Assembly (NCBI GenBank): GCA_013239625.1
Contig: MU054187.1
Coordinates: 24,306,433 to 24,370,432 of the forward strand
Direction: 5' to 3'
DNA from: Lama guanicoe
Taxonomy: Eukaryota
DNA: 64,000 bases
This document shows positions 51,775 through 64,000 of this stretch, piece by piece (position 1 is the first letter of the stretch; every line of letters starts with the position of its first letter). Position numbers and translations under genes: made by a program. Below the pieces are notes generated by a model that was not told the origin of the DNA, ran no database searches, and was given only the letters and a program-made list of their open reading frames with translations.

Positions 51775-52220
51775 TATAATTACTGTATGAATCCAACCAT
51801 ATGACATTCCGGAAACTGCACAGCTACAGAAACAATAAAAAGATCGTGGTTTCCAGGGGCTTAGGGAGAGGGAGGAGGGAAGGAATGAATAGATGAACCA
51901 CAAGGGAATTTTAGGGCAATGAAATTTTTCTGTATGATACTATAGTGGTGGCTGCATGTCATTATGCATTTGTCAAAGCCCATAAAATGTACAGAATCAA
52001 GAGTGAACCCTATTGTAAACTATGGACTTTGGTTGATAATAATGTGTCCATGGTGGTTCATCGATTGTATGTACCAAATATGCCACACTGATGAGGGATG
52101 CTGAGGGTAGGAGAGTATATACGTGTGGGTGGGGAGGGCTATGTGCAAACTCTCTATATTTTCTGCTCAATTCTGTTGTGAACCTGAAACCGCTCTAAAA
52201 GAATGAAGTCTATTAGAAAT
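51775..52220 (+). mobile_element. L1MC1-like 3' end
   Basis: tactgtatgaatccaaccatatgacattccggaaa...gagtgaaccctattgtaaactatggactttgg...gctctaaaagaatgaagtctatt. Confidence 0.85.
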
Positions 52221-53092
52221 AATTTTTTTTAAATTAGGGAGAAATGAGGTTCCTAGAGGAACAAGGATGATGAGATTAAATGCATTTTCACTGGCATTGT
52301 TGCATTGGAGAGCGCCAGAAACACAGGAGGAAAGTGTAACAATGAGTCTTTGCCCTCTAAGAAGGTTATAAACACAAATGTAAGGATGTTGCAACTGAAG
52401 ATCTGAACATTTCAGTGACTTTCCACAAATGACACAATTTTGTGCCAGAACTGTGGCTAAATTCCAGATCAGTACACCAAACCCCATATCCTTTCTGTAT
52501 TGGTTCTGAGTAACTGTGTAATTCTGAATCTTACCTCAGACTGACCCCTGTAGTGGGGAGTATACACATAACGGAATTCATACCTAAAGAAACACTTTAA
52601 ATTGGTCAATCAGTACCTTGCTCAAGTTTAACTTATAATAAGTGTTCAGAAATATTTCATGTTTCATAGCTGTCAAAAATTTCTCATAAATGTCTTCAAG
52701 TCAGTTTCTTCCTCCCCTCATTTTACCATCTGTCCTTCCATAAAGTTTATTTTAAAACTGTAACCCTATTATTTGTCAGCCTTACTTTCCATATTGTGGA
52801 TATTGCATTGAAAACCAATCTTTGTCTCACTGGTATGTCATAATTTAGAAACCTAATAGGATAAACATAAAAATAAAAGAATAAAATGTTCTTTCTTGTA
52901 TTTTGTTTTGTTTTATTTTCTAGCAGAACCTCCCAGGTAACAGCAATAATAGGGTAGAATTCCTGAAAGCATTCATAGAACTTTTTAGTCAAAATCCTTA
53001 ACCTGACATTCAGGCCTTCCACAGTCTGGCCTAATGCCTTTTTTTTCTTCCATTTCCTTTCTCTCTACTCCTCTCACATCTACTACATTCCC

Positions 53093-53468
53093 CTCATGAA
53101 CCGAATATTTGTGTCTCCCCAAAATACATACATTGAAACTCTACCCTGGGTATGATGGTATTAGGAAGTGGGGCTTTTGGAGGAAAATTAGCATTAGATG
53201 AGGTCTAGTGAAGGGTGCAGCCCTCAAGTTTGGGGTTAGTGCCCTAATAAGATTCATGAGAGAATTGGCTTCCTTTCCCTGCTCTCCACCATATGAGAAT
53301 ACAAACTGAAGTCAGCAGTCTGCAGCCCAGAAGAGGGCTCTTACCAGGACCCAGTTGTGCTGGCATCTGACCCTGGATTTGCAGCCTCAGAAATATGTAA
53401 AATAAAAGTCTGTTGTTTATAAACCCCCTAGTCTATGGTGTTCCGTTATAGCAATCTGAACTGAGACA
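53093..53468 (+). mobile_element. MLT1A0-type MaLR LTR
   Basis: gaatatttgtgtctccccaaaatacatacattgaaactcta...ggtattaggaagtggggc...gttatagcaatctgaactgagaca. Confidence 0.85.
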
Positions 53469-53794
53469 TTTCATCAGAGCAACTCAATGTCCCCTGTGTA
53501 GTTTCTGCTCTTTTTTTACAAAAATGTATTTGCACATTCTGTTCATTTTCACAGTTTCTGGGATATTCAAATGCTACCTGTCTTTCAAAGTATATTGCAA
53601 ATATCACTTCGCTATTCTCCACAGTGGGAACTTTTCTCTTCCTCTTATATATGATGTTCATAATTCCTATCTATTTAGTTTAGAAATAACTGAACTGTAG
53701 TTATTTCTGGACATTGTCTCTTCTACAGGAGAATGCTTTGCCCAGTTGTCAGTTACTCCTTAAATAAACAATTGAATGAATAAAAGAATCATTG

Positions 53795-56700
53795 GCCAGA
53801 AGTTCTCCTGGGGACTTAGGGTACAGCTGAGGCTCACCCTGGGGACATAAAAACTGGTGGCAGACATTCAGGAGAGTTCATCTACATGAGCTTTCCTGGA
53901 GGGCAACATCTTGATTGGATCATTAGCACCAAGACCTAGACCCACCTAATAGCCTGTAAGCTTGAGTGCTGGGAAGCCTCAGGCCAAATGACATCCTGGG
54001 TGGAAACACAGCCCCACCCATCAGCAGACTTCTTGAACCACCACCTCTAGACATGCTGCTAGACATGGCCCTACACACCGAAGGACCAGGACCAAGATCC
54101 ACTCAGCAGTGGGCAGGTACCATCTCCTCCTGACAGGAAAACTGCATAAGTTTCTAGTCCATCCATCAGGAGGCAGATACCAGAAATGAGAAAACAACAA
54201 TCCCAAAAGCCTGTGGAAGGAATCCTCAGACACAAGCCAGACTTCACCCTGGGAGCAGCTGAACCCTGGCAACTGGGTGCACTGCTGGGACGCATTTGAT
54301 GTCTCCCACAGAGGGCCACTTTTTCAAGGTCAAGAAACATAACTAACCTACCTAAAAACACAAATAGAAAGATAGACAATCCTAGGTGCCAGAGGAACAT
54401 TTTCCAGGCCAAGTCATAAGATAAAATTTCAGAAAAAGAAATAAGTGATGAGGAGATAGGCAACCTATCCAAGAAACAGTTCAGAGTAATAATGGTGAAG
54501 ATGTTCAGAGAACTCAAGAGGAGTATAGATGCACAGTGTGACGTTTTCAGCAAAGGATTGGCAAATATAAAGAATACCCGAACAGACCTGAAGAATAAAA
54601 TTATTGAAATGAATAGAAAGAAACAAGAACAGACTAAATGAGGCAGAAGAACAGATCAATTTGCTAGAAGACAGATTAGTGGAAACCATTACTGCAGAAC
54701 AGAAAAAAGAATGAAAAGAAATGAGGATAGTTTAAAAGAAGTCTTGGAAAACATGAAGTGCACTAATATTAGCATAATAGGGGTCCTAGAAAGAGGAGAG
54801 AAAGAGAAAGGACCTGAAAAGAAAATTTTGAAGGGATAATAACTGAAAACTTCCCTAACTTAGGAAAGGAAACAGTCACCCAAATCCAGGAAGTGCAGAG
54901 AGTTCCACACAGGATCAACCCAAAGAGGAACACACTAAGGCACATAGAAATCAAACTGAGAAACATTAAGGATGAGGAGAAAATATTAAAATCAGCAAGA
55001 GAAAAACAAAAAATAACTCCCATACAATGGAACTACCATAATGTTATCAGCTGATTCTTCAGCAGAAATTCTAGAGGCCAGAAGGGAGTGGCAACATATA
55101 TTTAAAATGATGAAAGGGGAAAATTAAAGCCAATAATACTCTATCCGGCAAGGCTCTTGTTCAAATTTAACAGAAAAATAAAAAGATTCATAGGTTAACA
55201 AAAGCTAAAAGAATTCAGCACCACCAAACCAGCTTTACAGAAAATATTAAAGGAACTTCTCTAGTCAACAAACCACAAGAAAAGAGAACTAAAGAAGAAA
55301 GAGGAAAGATAGCCTACAAAAACAAACCCAAAACAATTAACAAAATGGCAATAAGAACATATGTATCAATAATTACCTTAAATGTAAATGGATTAAACAC
55401 TCCAACCAAAAGACATAGACTGGCTGAATGGATACAAAAACAAGACCCATATATATGTTGTCTACAAGAGACCCATTTCAGAGCTAGAGACACATACAGG
55501 CTGAAAGTAGGTGGATGAAAAAAGATATTCCATGGAAACAGAAAAACAAAAGAAAACTGGAGTAGCGATACTTATATCAGACAAAATAGATGCTAAAATA
55601 AAGACTGTTACAAGAGACAAAGAAGGACACTACATAGTGCTCAAGGAATCAATCCAAGAAGAGAATATACTATTTGAAAATATATATGCACCCAATATAG
55701 GAGCACCTCAACATATAAGGCAATTAACAAACATAAAGGAAAAATCAACAATAGCATAATAATAGTGGGGGATGTTAATACCCCACTTACATCAATGGAC
55801 CAATCATCCAGACAGAAAATCAATAAGAAAATATAGGCCATAAATAACACATTAGACCAGATGGGCTTAATTAATATCTATAGAGTATTCTATCCAAAAC
55901 CAACAGAATATACATTCTTCTCAAGTGCACACAGAACATTCTCCAAAACTGACCACGCGCTGGCCCACACAGCCAGCCTCAGCAAATTTAAGAAACCTGA
56001 AATCATACCAGGCATCTTTTCTGACCAGTGTTACAAGGTTAGACATCAGCCACAAGAAAAAAACTGCAAAAACTGCAAACACGTGGAAGCTAAACCATAT
56101 GCTGCTAAGCAGCCAAGGGATCACTGAAGAAATCAAAGAGGAAATCAAAAAATACTTTGAGACAAATGAAAGCAAAAACACAATCATCCAAAACCGCTGG
56201 CATGAAGCAAAAGCAGTTCTAAGAGGGAAATTTATAGCAATACAGGCTTACTCAGGAAACAAGAAAAATCTCAAGCAAACAACCTAACCTTACACCTAAA
56301 GCAGCTGGAGAAAGAAAACAAGCCAAACCCAACGTTAGTAGAAGAAAAGAAATCATAACGATTAGAGCAGAAATACATAAAAGAGAGATTAAAAAATCAA
56401 TAGAAAAAGGTCAACTGCTTTTAATTTCATTGAAAAGATAAACAAAATTGATAAACCTCTAGTCAGACTCACCAAGAAAAAAGGGGAAAAGGTCCAAATT
56501 AATAAAATTAGGAATGAAAAAGAAGTACAACCAACACCACAGAAATATAAAGATTCATAAGAGGCTACTATGAGAAACTATATGCCAACAAAAAGGACCT
56601 AGACAGAATGGACAATTTCCTAGAAAGGTACAGTTTGCAAAGACTGAACCAGGGGAAAATAAAGAATATGACTAGACCAATTACCAGTACTGAAACCGAA

Positions 56701-59500
56701 TCAGTTATTTGAAAACTCCTGAAAAACAAAAGTGTGGGACCAGATGGCTTCTAAAGGTGAGTTCTAACATTTAGAGAGTAATTAACACCTATTTTCTGAA
56801 ACTATTCCAAAAAATTGCAGAGGAAGGAATACTTTCAAACTCATTCTATAAAGCTATCATCATCCTATACCAAAATCAGATGAAGATATCACAAAAAAAG
56901 AAAATTACAGGCCAACATCACTTATGAATATAGATGCAAAAATCCTCAACAAAATTCTAGCAGATCTACTCCAACAATGCATTTAAATGATCGACACCAT
57001 GATCAAGTGGGATTTATTCCAGGAGTGTAAGGATTTTTCAATATCTGCAAATCAATCTATGTGATACACCACATTAATAAATTGAAGAATAAAAACCATA
57101 TGATTGTCTCAATAGATGCAGGAAAAACTTTTGATAAAATTCAACATCCATTTATGATAAAAACTGTCCAGAAAGTGGGCATAGATGGAATATACCTCAA
57201 CATAATAAAGGCCATATATGACAAACTCACAGCTAACATTATACTTAATGGTGAAAAGCTGAAAGCATTCCTCTAGGATCAGAAACAAGACAACAATGCC
57301 CACTCTCACCACTTTCATTCAGCATAGTTTTGGAAGTCCTAGCCATAGCAGTCAGAAAAGAAAAAGAAATAAAAGGAATCCAAATTGGAAACAAGCAAGT
57401 AAAATTGTACTGTTTGCATATGACACAATACTATATATAGAAAACCCTAAATAAGTGGCCAGAAAACTACTAGAACTCATCAATGAATTTGGTAAAGTAG
57501 CAGAATACAAAATTAATATACAGAAATCAGTTGTATTTCTATACACTAACAATGAAATATCAGAAAAATAAATTAAGGAAACAATACCATTAACCATCAC
57601 ACCAAAAAAGATAAAGTACCCAGGAATAAACCTACCCAAGGAGGCAAAGGACCTGTACTCCAAAAACTATAAGACACTGATGAAGGAAACTGAAGACAAC
57701 ATAAACAAATGAAAAGATATTCTGTGTTCTTGGAGTGGAAGAATCAATATTGTTAAAATGGCTATTCTACCCAAGGCAATATACAGATTCAGTGCAATCC
57801 CTTTCAAACTACCAATGACATTTTTCACAGAGCTGGAACAAAAAGTGTTAAAATTTGTAAAATAAATTTGTAAATAAAATACAAGACCTCAAATAGCTAT
57901 AACAATCTTGATAAAGAAGAACAGAGCTGGGGGAATCATATTCCCTGAGTTCAGACTATACTACAAAGCTACAGTAATCAAAACAGTATGGTACTGGCAC
58001 AAAAACAAACACATAGATCAGTGGAACAGGATAGAAAGCCCAGAAATAAACCCATGCACTTATGGTCAACTAATCTATGGCAAAAGTGTCAAGACTATAA
58101 AATGGAGAAAAGACAGTCTTTTCAATAAGTGGTGCTGGGAAAACTAGACAGCTACCTGTAAAGACTGAAATTAGAACATTTCTAACACCATATACAAAAA
58201 TAAACTCAAAGTGGGTTAAAGATTTAAATTTAAGGCCAGAGACTATAAAACTCCTAGAGGAAAACATAGGCAGAACACTCTTGGACATAAATCACAGCAA
58301 CATATTTTTGAACCAACTCCTGGAGTAATGGAAGTAAAAGCAAAAATAAACAAATGACACCTAATTAAATTTAAAAGCTTTTGCACAGCTAAGTATACCA
58401 TCAACAAAATGAAAGACAACTTACAGAATGGGAGAAAATATTTGCAAATGATGTGACGAACAAGGAACTAATTTCAAAAACATACAAATAGCTCATACAC
58501 CTTACTATCAGAAAAACAAGCAACCCAGTTAAAATAGGGGCAGAAGACCTAAACAGACATCTCTCCAAAGAAGACATACTGATGGCCAACAAGAACCTGA
58601 AATGATGCTCGACGCCACTACTTGTTAGAGAAACACAAATCAAAACTACAATGAGTCATCACCTAACACTGGTCAGAATGGCCATCATTAAAAAGTCCAC
58701 AAACAATAAATGAGGGTGTGGGGAAAAGGGAACCATCCTATACTGTTGGGAATGTAAATTGGTGCAGCCACTATGAAGGACAGTATGGAGGTTCCTTAAG
58801 GAAACAAAATAGGCTTACCATATGACCCAGCAATCCCACTCCTGGGCATATATCTGGAGAAAAATATAATTCAAAAAGACACCTGCACCCCAATGTTCAC
58901 AGCAGCACTATTTACAACAGCCAAAGCATGGAAAACACCCAAATGTCCATTGACAAATGACTGGATAAAGATGTGGGGGGTGTGTGTGTGTGTGGTGTGT
59001 GTGTGTGTATATGTATGTATATATATGTATATGTATATATGGGTGTGTATGAACATATTTGTATATATATATGAATACTACACAGCCATAAGAAAGAGTA
59101 AAGTAATGCCTTTTTCAGCAACATGGATGGACCTGGAGGTCATCATTCTAAGTGAAGTAAGCCAGAAAGAGAAAGAAAAATGTCATATGATATCACTTAT
59201 ATGTGGAATCTAAAAAAAAGGACACATATGAACTTATCTACAAAACAGAAACAGAGTCACAGACATAGAGAACAAATTTATGGTTACCAGAGGGTAAAGG
59301 GTGTGGGGAGGGATAAATTGGGAATCGAAAATTGCACATCTTAGGGAGTGATGGAAATGTTAGCTATCTTGATTGTGGGAGTGGTTTTATTGTTGTCTAC
59401 ATCAATCAAAATTTATCTAATTGTATATTTGAAATATGTGTAGTTTACTGTACAGAAATCATACCACAATAAAGGTGTTAAATTTTTTTTAAGTTAAAAA
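53795..59500 (+). mobile_element. Near-full-length decayed L1: part of 5' UTR, ORF1 (~54380-55264), ORF2 (ATG 55345 to ~59213), 3' UTR
   Basis: ORF2 begins [69 protein letters not shown]; many stops and frameshifts, non-functional. Confidence 0.97.
58975..59072. repeat. Compound (GT)n/(TA)n microsatellite inside the L1 ORF2 3' end
   Basis: Read directly from the sequence. Confidence 0.9.
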
Positions 59501-60424
59501 GCACTTATTATGAAAAACTTAAAAGAAATTACAAGTTATTTTTCAACATTTTCTCTCATAATTTTTCTTAATCAGCAATTAAGGGAGATATGTTTTTATA
59601 AACTAAATACATTTTAACAAACATCCTTCTAACATTTTACAATTAATTATAAAAGAAGGTAAAATTATAGTGGTGTTTATGTTTTTTTCCTAAATATTCT
59701 GCACTAGCAAAGAAATAGCTTAATTACATTTCTAAGAAATATCATGATAAAACAGAATCTTAACTTTAAATACGAAATACTAAAACAGTAAGATTATAAG
59801 GACATTCGATACTATAACATTTTAGATCAAGAAAATCACATTAATTCATTTCTTAGGAAAAAAAAAGTGTGATTTCATTCTTCTGAGTTGGTAGGGAAAT
59901 TATTGTACTATATAGTTAGGGTTCTTGTGCCAGTTCTCTGTCATATTCAGATAAACCGATGGAGTGGGGTGAGCATCTGGGCATAAATTAGAACAAATCT
60001 AAATGATGGGATGGGATGAAACTAGTTATGTGATATATTTTTCAATAATATTAATATACAATAAAGGATATAATAGCAGGCCTTAAATAAAAATGCCATT
60101 TTCTTTCTACTTATTTATTTATAGAAATAATGACAAATGTGAACAATAATTTAGCAACACAGCAATGCTTATAAACTCAGCAATATTTCCTACAAGCAAA
60201 ACCAGAAAGAGCTTATTTCTAACAAAAATGAAATCTTTAAATTATGGCCTCTCTATAATGGAACAATATGCAAAGTTGATATAAATTAAAAATAATATTG
60301 ATATATAATAAACAAAATTGATATAAAACAACAGAGCAGAAAAGAGAATTGTTCATATTAATTTTAAAATCAGATTGTGAAATATAGTTTTGTGATCGTA
60401 TTTAGAATAAAATTAAACAATTCA

Positions 60425-60982
60425 TTATTTGTTAGGGTACAAACTTAACTGCTATAACAAAGAAACCACAAAACACTGATTCAGACAAGATAGAGGCTTT
60501 TTTTTCACTCTTGTAACATCCACGTAGTCGAGGATTTGCAGTCAAGTAGGACCCATGAAGTCCTCCAGGAACACAGGTATATCTTCTGTTTTGATGTTTC
60601 ATGATCCTCTAGGACACAGATTTTTTAACTGTTTTGAAAACAGAAGCTCACAAACCTGACGTACGTTATGAACCCTCACCTCAGAAAAGTGCGCGCACAC
60701 ACACGCACACACACCCTGCTACACTGTTGCAGGCTGTGTTCAGGGCTTCACAGATTTCCTAATTATCTGCAGCTGCATGGCTGGAGCTCGCTCATAAGCT
60801 AACTCACGTATTTCAGACTATTTCACATTGGGGTAAAGCTGTAAAGGATTACTGAAAGTAGTCTCTGCCTGGGAAGCTCTGTGCCCACTTAAAACCTGGG
60901 AGAGAAGTGGTGGTCTATTACTAAAGGGAAAATGAAGAAAAGGAAAATGAATTCTGGGAACGTGTAGCTATCGCTGCTATAA
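60425..60982 (-). mobile_element. Old MLT1-type LTR containing a MER117-like MITE (~60615-60760)
   Basis: ttagggtac...ctgctataacaaagaaaccacaaaacac start; internal tatgaaccctcacctcagaaaagtgcgcgcacac...cagggcttcacaga. Confidence 0.55.
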
Positions 60983-61139
60983 ATTGCATAAAAATGCTGA
61001 TATCTACATACCAGATATTAATAGCACTTCTGTAGGGATAATAAGATGAGTTATTTTTAGATTTTCTTTTTATTCATTTTATTTTTCAAAATTCACTTTA
61101 TGATATTGGACATTTCTATAACAATTCTTCTGAATTCCT

Positions 61140-61960
61140 TAAGACATTCTTTTTGGTCTAGTATGTGGAAAATAATTGTAAATGATTCATATGTGCTGTT
61201 AAGGACTATACATTTTCCACTAATTAGGTTCATATATATCTCTTACATCAAGTTTGATAACAAAACTTTCATATCTTCAATTACTGTACTAATTTTTGCC
61301 TAATGAGAGAAGTATATAAAAATCTACTATAATTATGTATTTAAAAGTTTTCTTTTCAGTGAAATAAATATTCGTATTCTATATTTTGAGATTGTGTTGT
61401 CATCACATAAGTGTATTGTTACCTTATACATTTAGTGAAATTTTTCTTTTGTCATTATGAGCTGCTGCCATTCCTATTAATGGCTACATTAAATTCTATT
61501 TTGTCTGATATTAATATTGCTATGTCAGCTTTCTTTTGCTTAGTATTTGCTAAGCAAATCCTTTTTATTTCTATATTTTCAATATTTCTGTTATATTATC
61601 ATATATGTATTTTGTTCATTATATAATTTAATGTCTTTACTTATGTAATCTAATTTCTGATGAATCGCTTTATCACTTTTTTTTGGTCTTTTATTTATCA
61701 TTTCTGATTATACTCTTTCCTTTTCTGCAGTCTGTTAGATTGGGTTTACTGTTTCTTCTCTTTAATTCTTCTAAACCACTCACCACTCACTTATTTAGAA
61801 AACACGTGCTCTCTTTCTATTCTTTAAATAGGTATCTTCAATTTTTTAACAAGAATACTTAATAGGACTTAAAGTTAATCAATATCTCTACTGTCCTCCT
61901 AAAAAATTAACAGACCTTGGAACACTTCTACGCTGATCTGTCATCTTCCACTACTTCTAA
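61140..61960 (-). mobile_element. Ancient L1 (L1ME-like) fragment
   Basis: ttaaattctattttgtctgatattaatattgctatgtcagctttcttttgcttagtatttgc. Confidence 0.7.
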
Positions 61961-62459
61961 ATTATTGTAGCATAAAGATCAACATCATTTATGTCTGAGT
62001 ATATAAAATGGAGTGTTCCCAGTTCACTCTGCCATATTGACCTGAAGTCTATTTTAGAAATTATCTTCCATAAACCTTTATATTTCCATAACAAAAAGTA
62101 GATTCTTTTATAATATATTTATAGGGAGAAGAGATAATTAAGTCAAAACAGATTTTGTAATTAAAATATATGTTATGAAAGTCAAGAGATACAAGGCAAA
62201 AGACAGTATGTTTTATATGAATATGGAAGTTTAAGTTGTCCTAATTTTACATAACTGTTTAAACAACCAATAAACGATGAACAAAGTGAAGACAGAGAAT
62301 GTTAAAGCTTTCTAGAAAAGGGTAGAGTGTCTTTTTTTCCATCTTTTTTTTTTTCTTTTGCTGGAGGAACAATGTTAAAGCTTTGTTGCAGCTATGATCA
62401 TCATTCCATCCTTATTTCGTTACTTATTCTTATAAGAAGTAAAACTTTTGAGTATGATT

Positions 62460-64000
62460 TGTAGATATCAAGGCCTACGCTTGAAGACTGATGTTCAAGA
62501 ATGAGAAAGGAGTTAGAGATTCTGCACCCCATCTCACTTCTGCTGTATTTCCATCTAACACTTGGGGCTTAAGCGAAGACGTGACACAAAGTGGCATTGT
62601 TTGAGAGGTGCCAAAAGCTTTGCCTACTCCCAGCTCTTCCTGTTCAACCTAAAATTCTAAAAAATCATCTTAAGAGCCACCCTTCAGGTTTTAATCATTT
62701 TGTTTCAAAAAATATATATATGTACAAGACAACATAGCACATATTCTATGTATTAATGCACATAATGTAACTCATCAATCATGTAACATGTTGTACTTAT
62801 TCTCATTTGGGTTGAATTAATGAATTCCTTTTGTTGTTCTAAAGTTCCTTACTGAAAACAACTGAGCTGGAGCCCACTATGATAGTCAAAGTGAAGAATC
62901 AACTTACATCTGAGGGGTATATTTACTAAAATCAAAGACCCAAAACAAGAGTGTGTTTCTGGTGGTCTCCAAACTGAGGTTACCTAAATGAGATTTACCC
63001 TTTTTGATTCTAGCATCTAGAATAAACTTCTAGATGTCTCAACAATGGTGATGATTATGATGATGATACTAAGAGTCATTTATGTGCAAGCACTTTGTAT
63101 AAACAGCTGCACTTATATTCATCACATTCGTATGAGATAGGTAACTGTTATAAGTCCATTTCACAGATGAAGAAACTGAGACCATGATAAAATAAGTAAC
63201 TGGTACAATGTCACACATGAAAATTTGGTAGTGCTGGAATTCAGGCTGCTTGATTTCAAAACTATGCATTAAACTATTAAACTAAGTTGCCTCCCTGCTC
63301 TGAAATGTTCACACAGCATCTATACCTCCCCTTGTTCCATTCTCAAAAGGCTTCCAAGAACATATACCATTCCTTTGTTTTCCCTATACCAAATATATAA
63401 GGTGCAGCAAGACCTGTACTGTATAATTCTCACATACACTGAAACACTGGTACAATTGAACACCTACTTTAATCATTGCCAGCACCCTTTCAGGAATATT
63501 GTTCAGTATGAAAGGTAATATTGAGATCAACATTGTCACTCGGTCTGAAATAGCCGATTTTGTAGCAATCGTAATCATGAGCAGTTGGTGGCTGTTTTTG
63601 GATCTTCTTCAGCATACAGTGCCCCATGAGAGTGTCAATTCTTCATCTATTGCTTACTTTAGATAGCAGTCAGGGAGGACTTGGATGGTGTAAGAGTGTC
63701 TAGTGTTTTCTTGGCATTTAGCAAGTAGAAAAAAAATGTCATCACATTTCTTGACAATACCAATTTTATCATCTTTAAAAAACTGAGATAGTCCTTGCAT
63801 ATTGTTGAGACCACGTTTGAAAAGAATCTCCAGCATGCTCAGTTTAAAGAAAAAATACATCTTTTTTTAGCTGTTATGTAAAAGACATATTGAATGAAAG
63901 AAGATGATTTTGTCATTTTTACATATACTGTCTTTTGCTTCTTTCCCAAGTATGTTAGCTGGAATAAACAATAAAAATATTTAAAAAATAAACACTTCAG
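62460..64000 (-). mobile_element. Decayed piggyBac-family DDD transposase remnant, interrupted by a MIR
   Basis: Colinear motifs across shifting frames: LSML.RF, DDKIGIVKKCDDIF..AKCQEN, AIDEEL, GHCMLKK, KVGVQLY..VCEN, IYL..GKQ, KPFENGTRG, [MIR], TSRSLF*ML, NLSLETTRN, VGSSSVVFSKEL, FNPNENK, KPE, RW..FLNIS; no TIR or TTAA end seen. Confidence 0.72.
63045..63297 (-). mobile_element. Near-full-length MIR SINE
   Basis: ccatttcacagatgaagaaactgagacc core, ttgcctccctg head and (ATG)n tail. Confidence 0.88.

Noticed and set aside
22480..59213. Many 60-190 aa ORFs with RT or endonuclease motifs, and their antisense ORFs
   Set aside because: All are frameshifted pieces of L1 ORF2 or its antisense strand, not host genes or an intact retroelement.
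63312..63335. TRGGIDAV read as the piggyBac third catalytic motif (KGGVD)
   Set aside because: Spacing and the motifs left of the MIR place this segment just before the second catalytic motif; the decayed third-motif region fits better near 62620-62690.
63370..63650. DEE/IDTLM and FGIGK resembling XPG-like nuclease motifs of Academ-type transposons
   Set aside because: Only two short matches, against about a dozen colinear piggyBac motifs over the same region.
1..64000. CRISPR arrays, operons or other prokaryotic systems
   Set aside because: The window is mammalian repeat-rich DNA with no regularly spaced direct repeats and no gene-dense coding structure.

Overview
AT-rich mammalian genomic DNA, almost certainly camelid (camel/alpaca/llama): it has two vic-1-type tRNA-derived SINEs and camelid-type L1 3' ends, and no ruminant or pig SINEs were seen. 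No host protein-coding exon could be supported, so the window looks intergenic or deep intronic. It is dominated by decayed transposable elements: a near-full-length L1 (53.8-59.5 kb), two truncated younger L1s, many old L1/L2/MIR fragments, ERV-L gag and pol remnants, about 15 LTRs (dense at 38.9-47.4 kb) and several hAT MITEs. The two most notable observations are (1) a heavily decayed piggyBac-family transposase fossil on the minus strand at ~62.46-64 kb, split by a MIR SINE at about its second catalytic motif, and (2) a 186-bp ungapped ~85%-identical inverted duplication with arms ~2 kb apart (6960-7145 / 9142-9327). All family names come from recalled consensus sequences, not database searches, and boundaries without a TSD are approximate. 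I found no evidence of an intact novel coding system.
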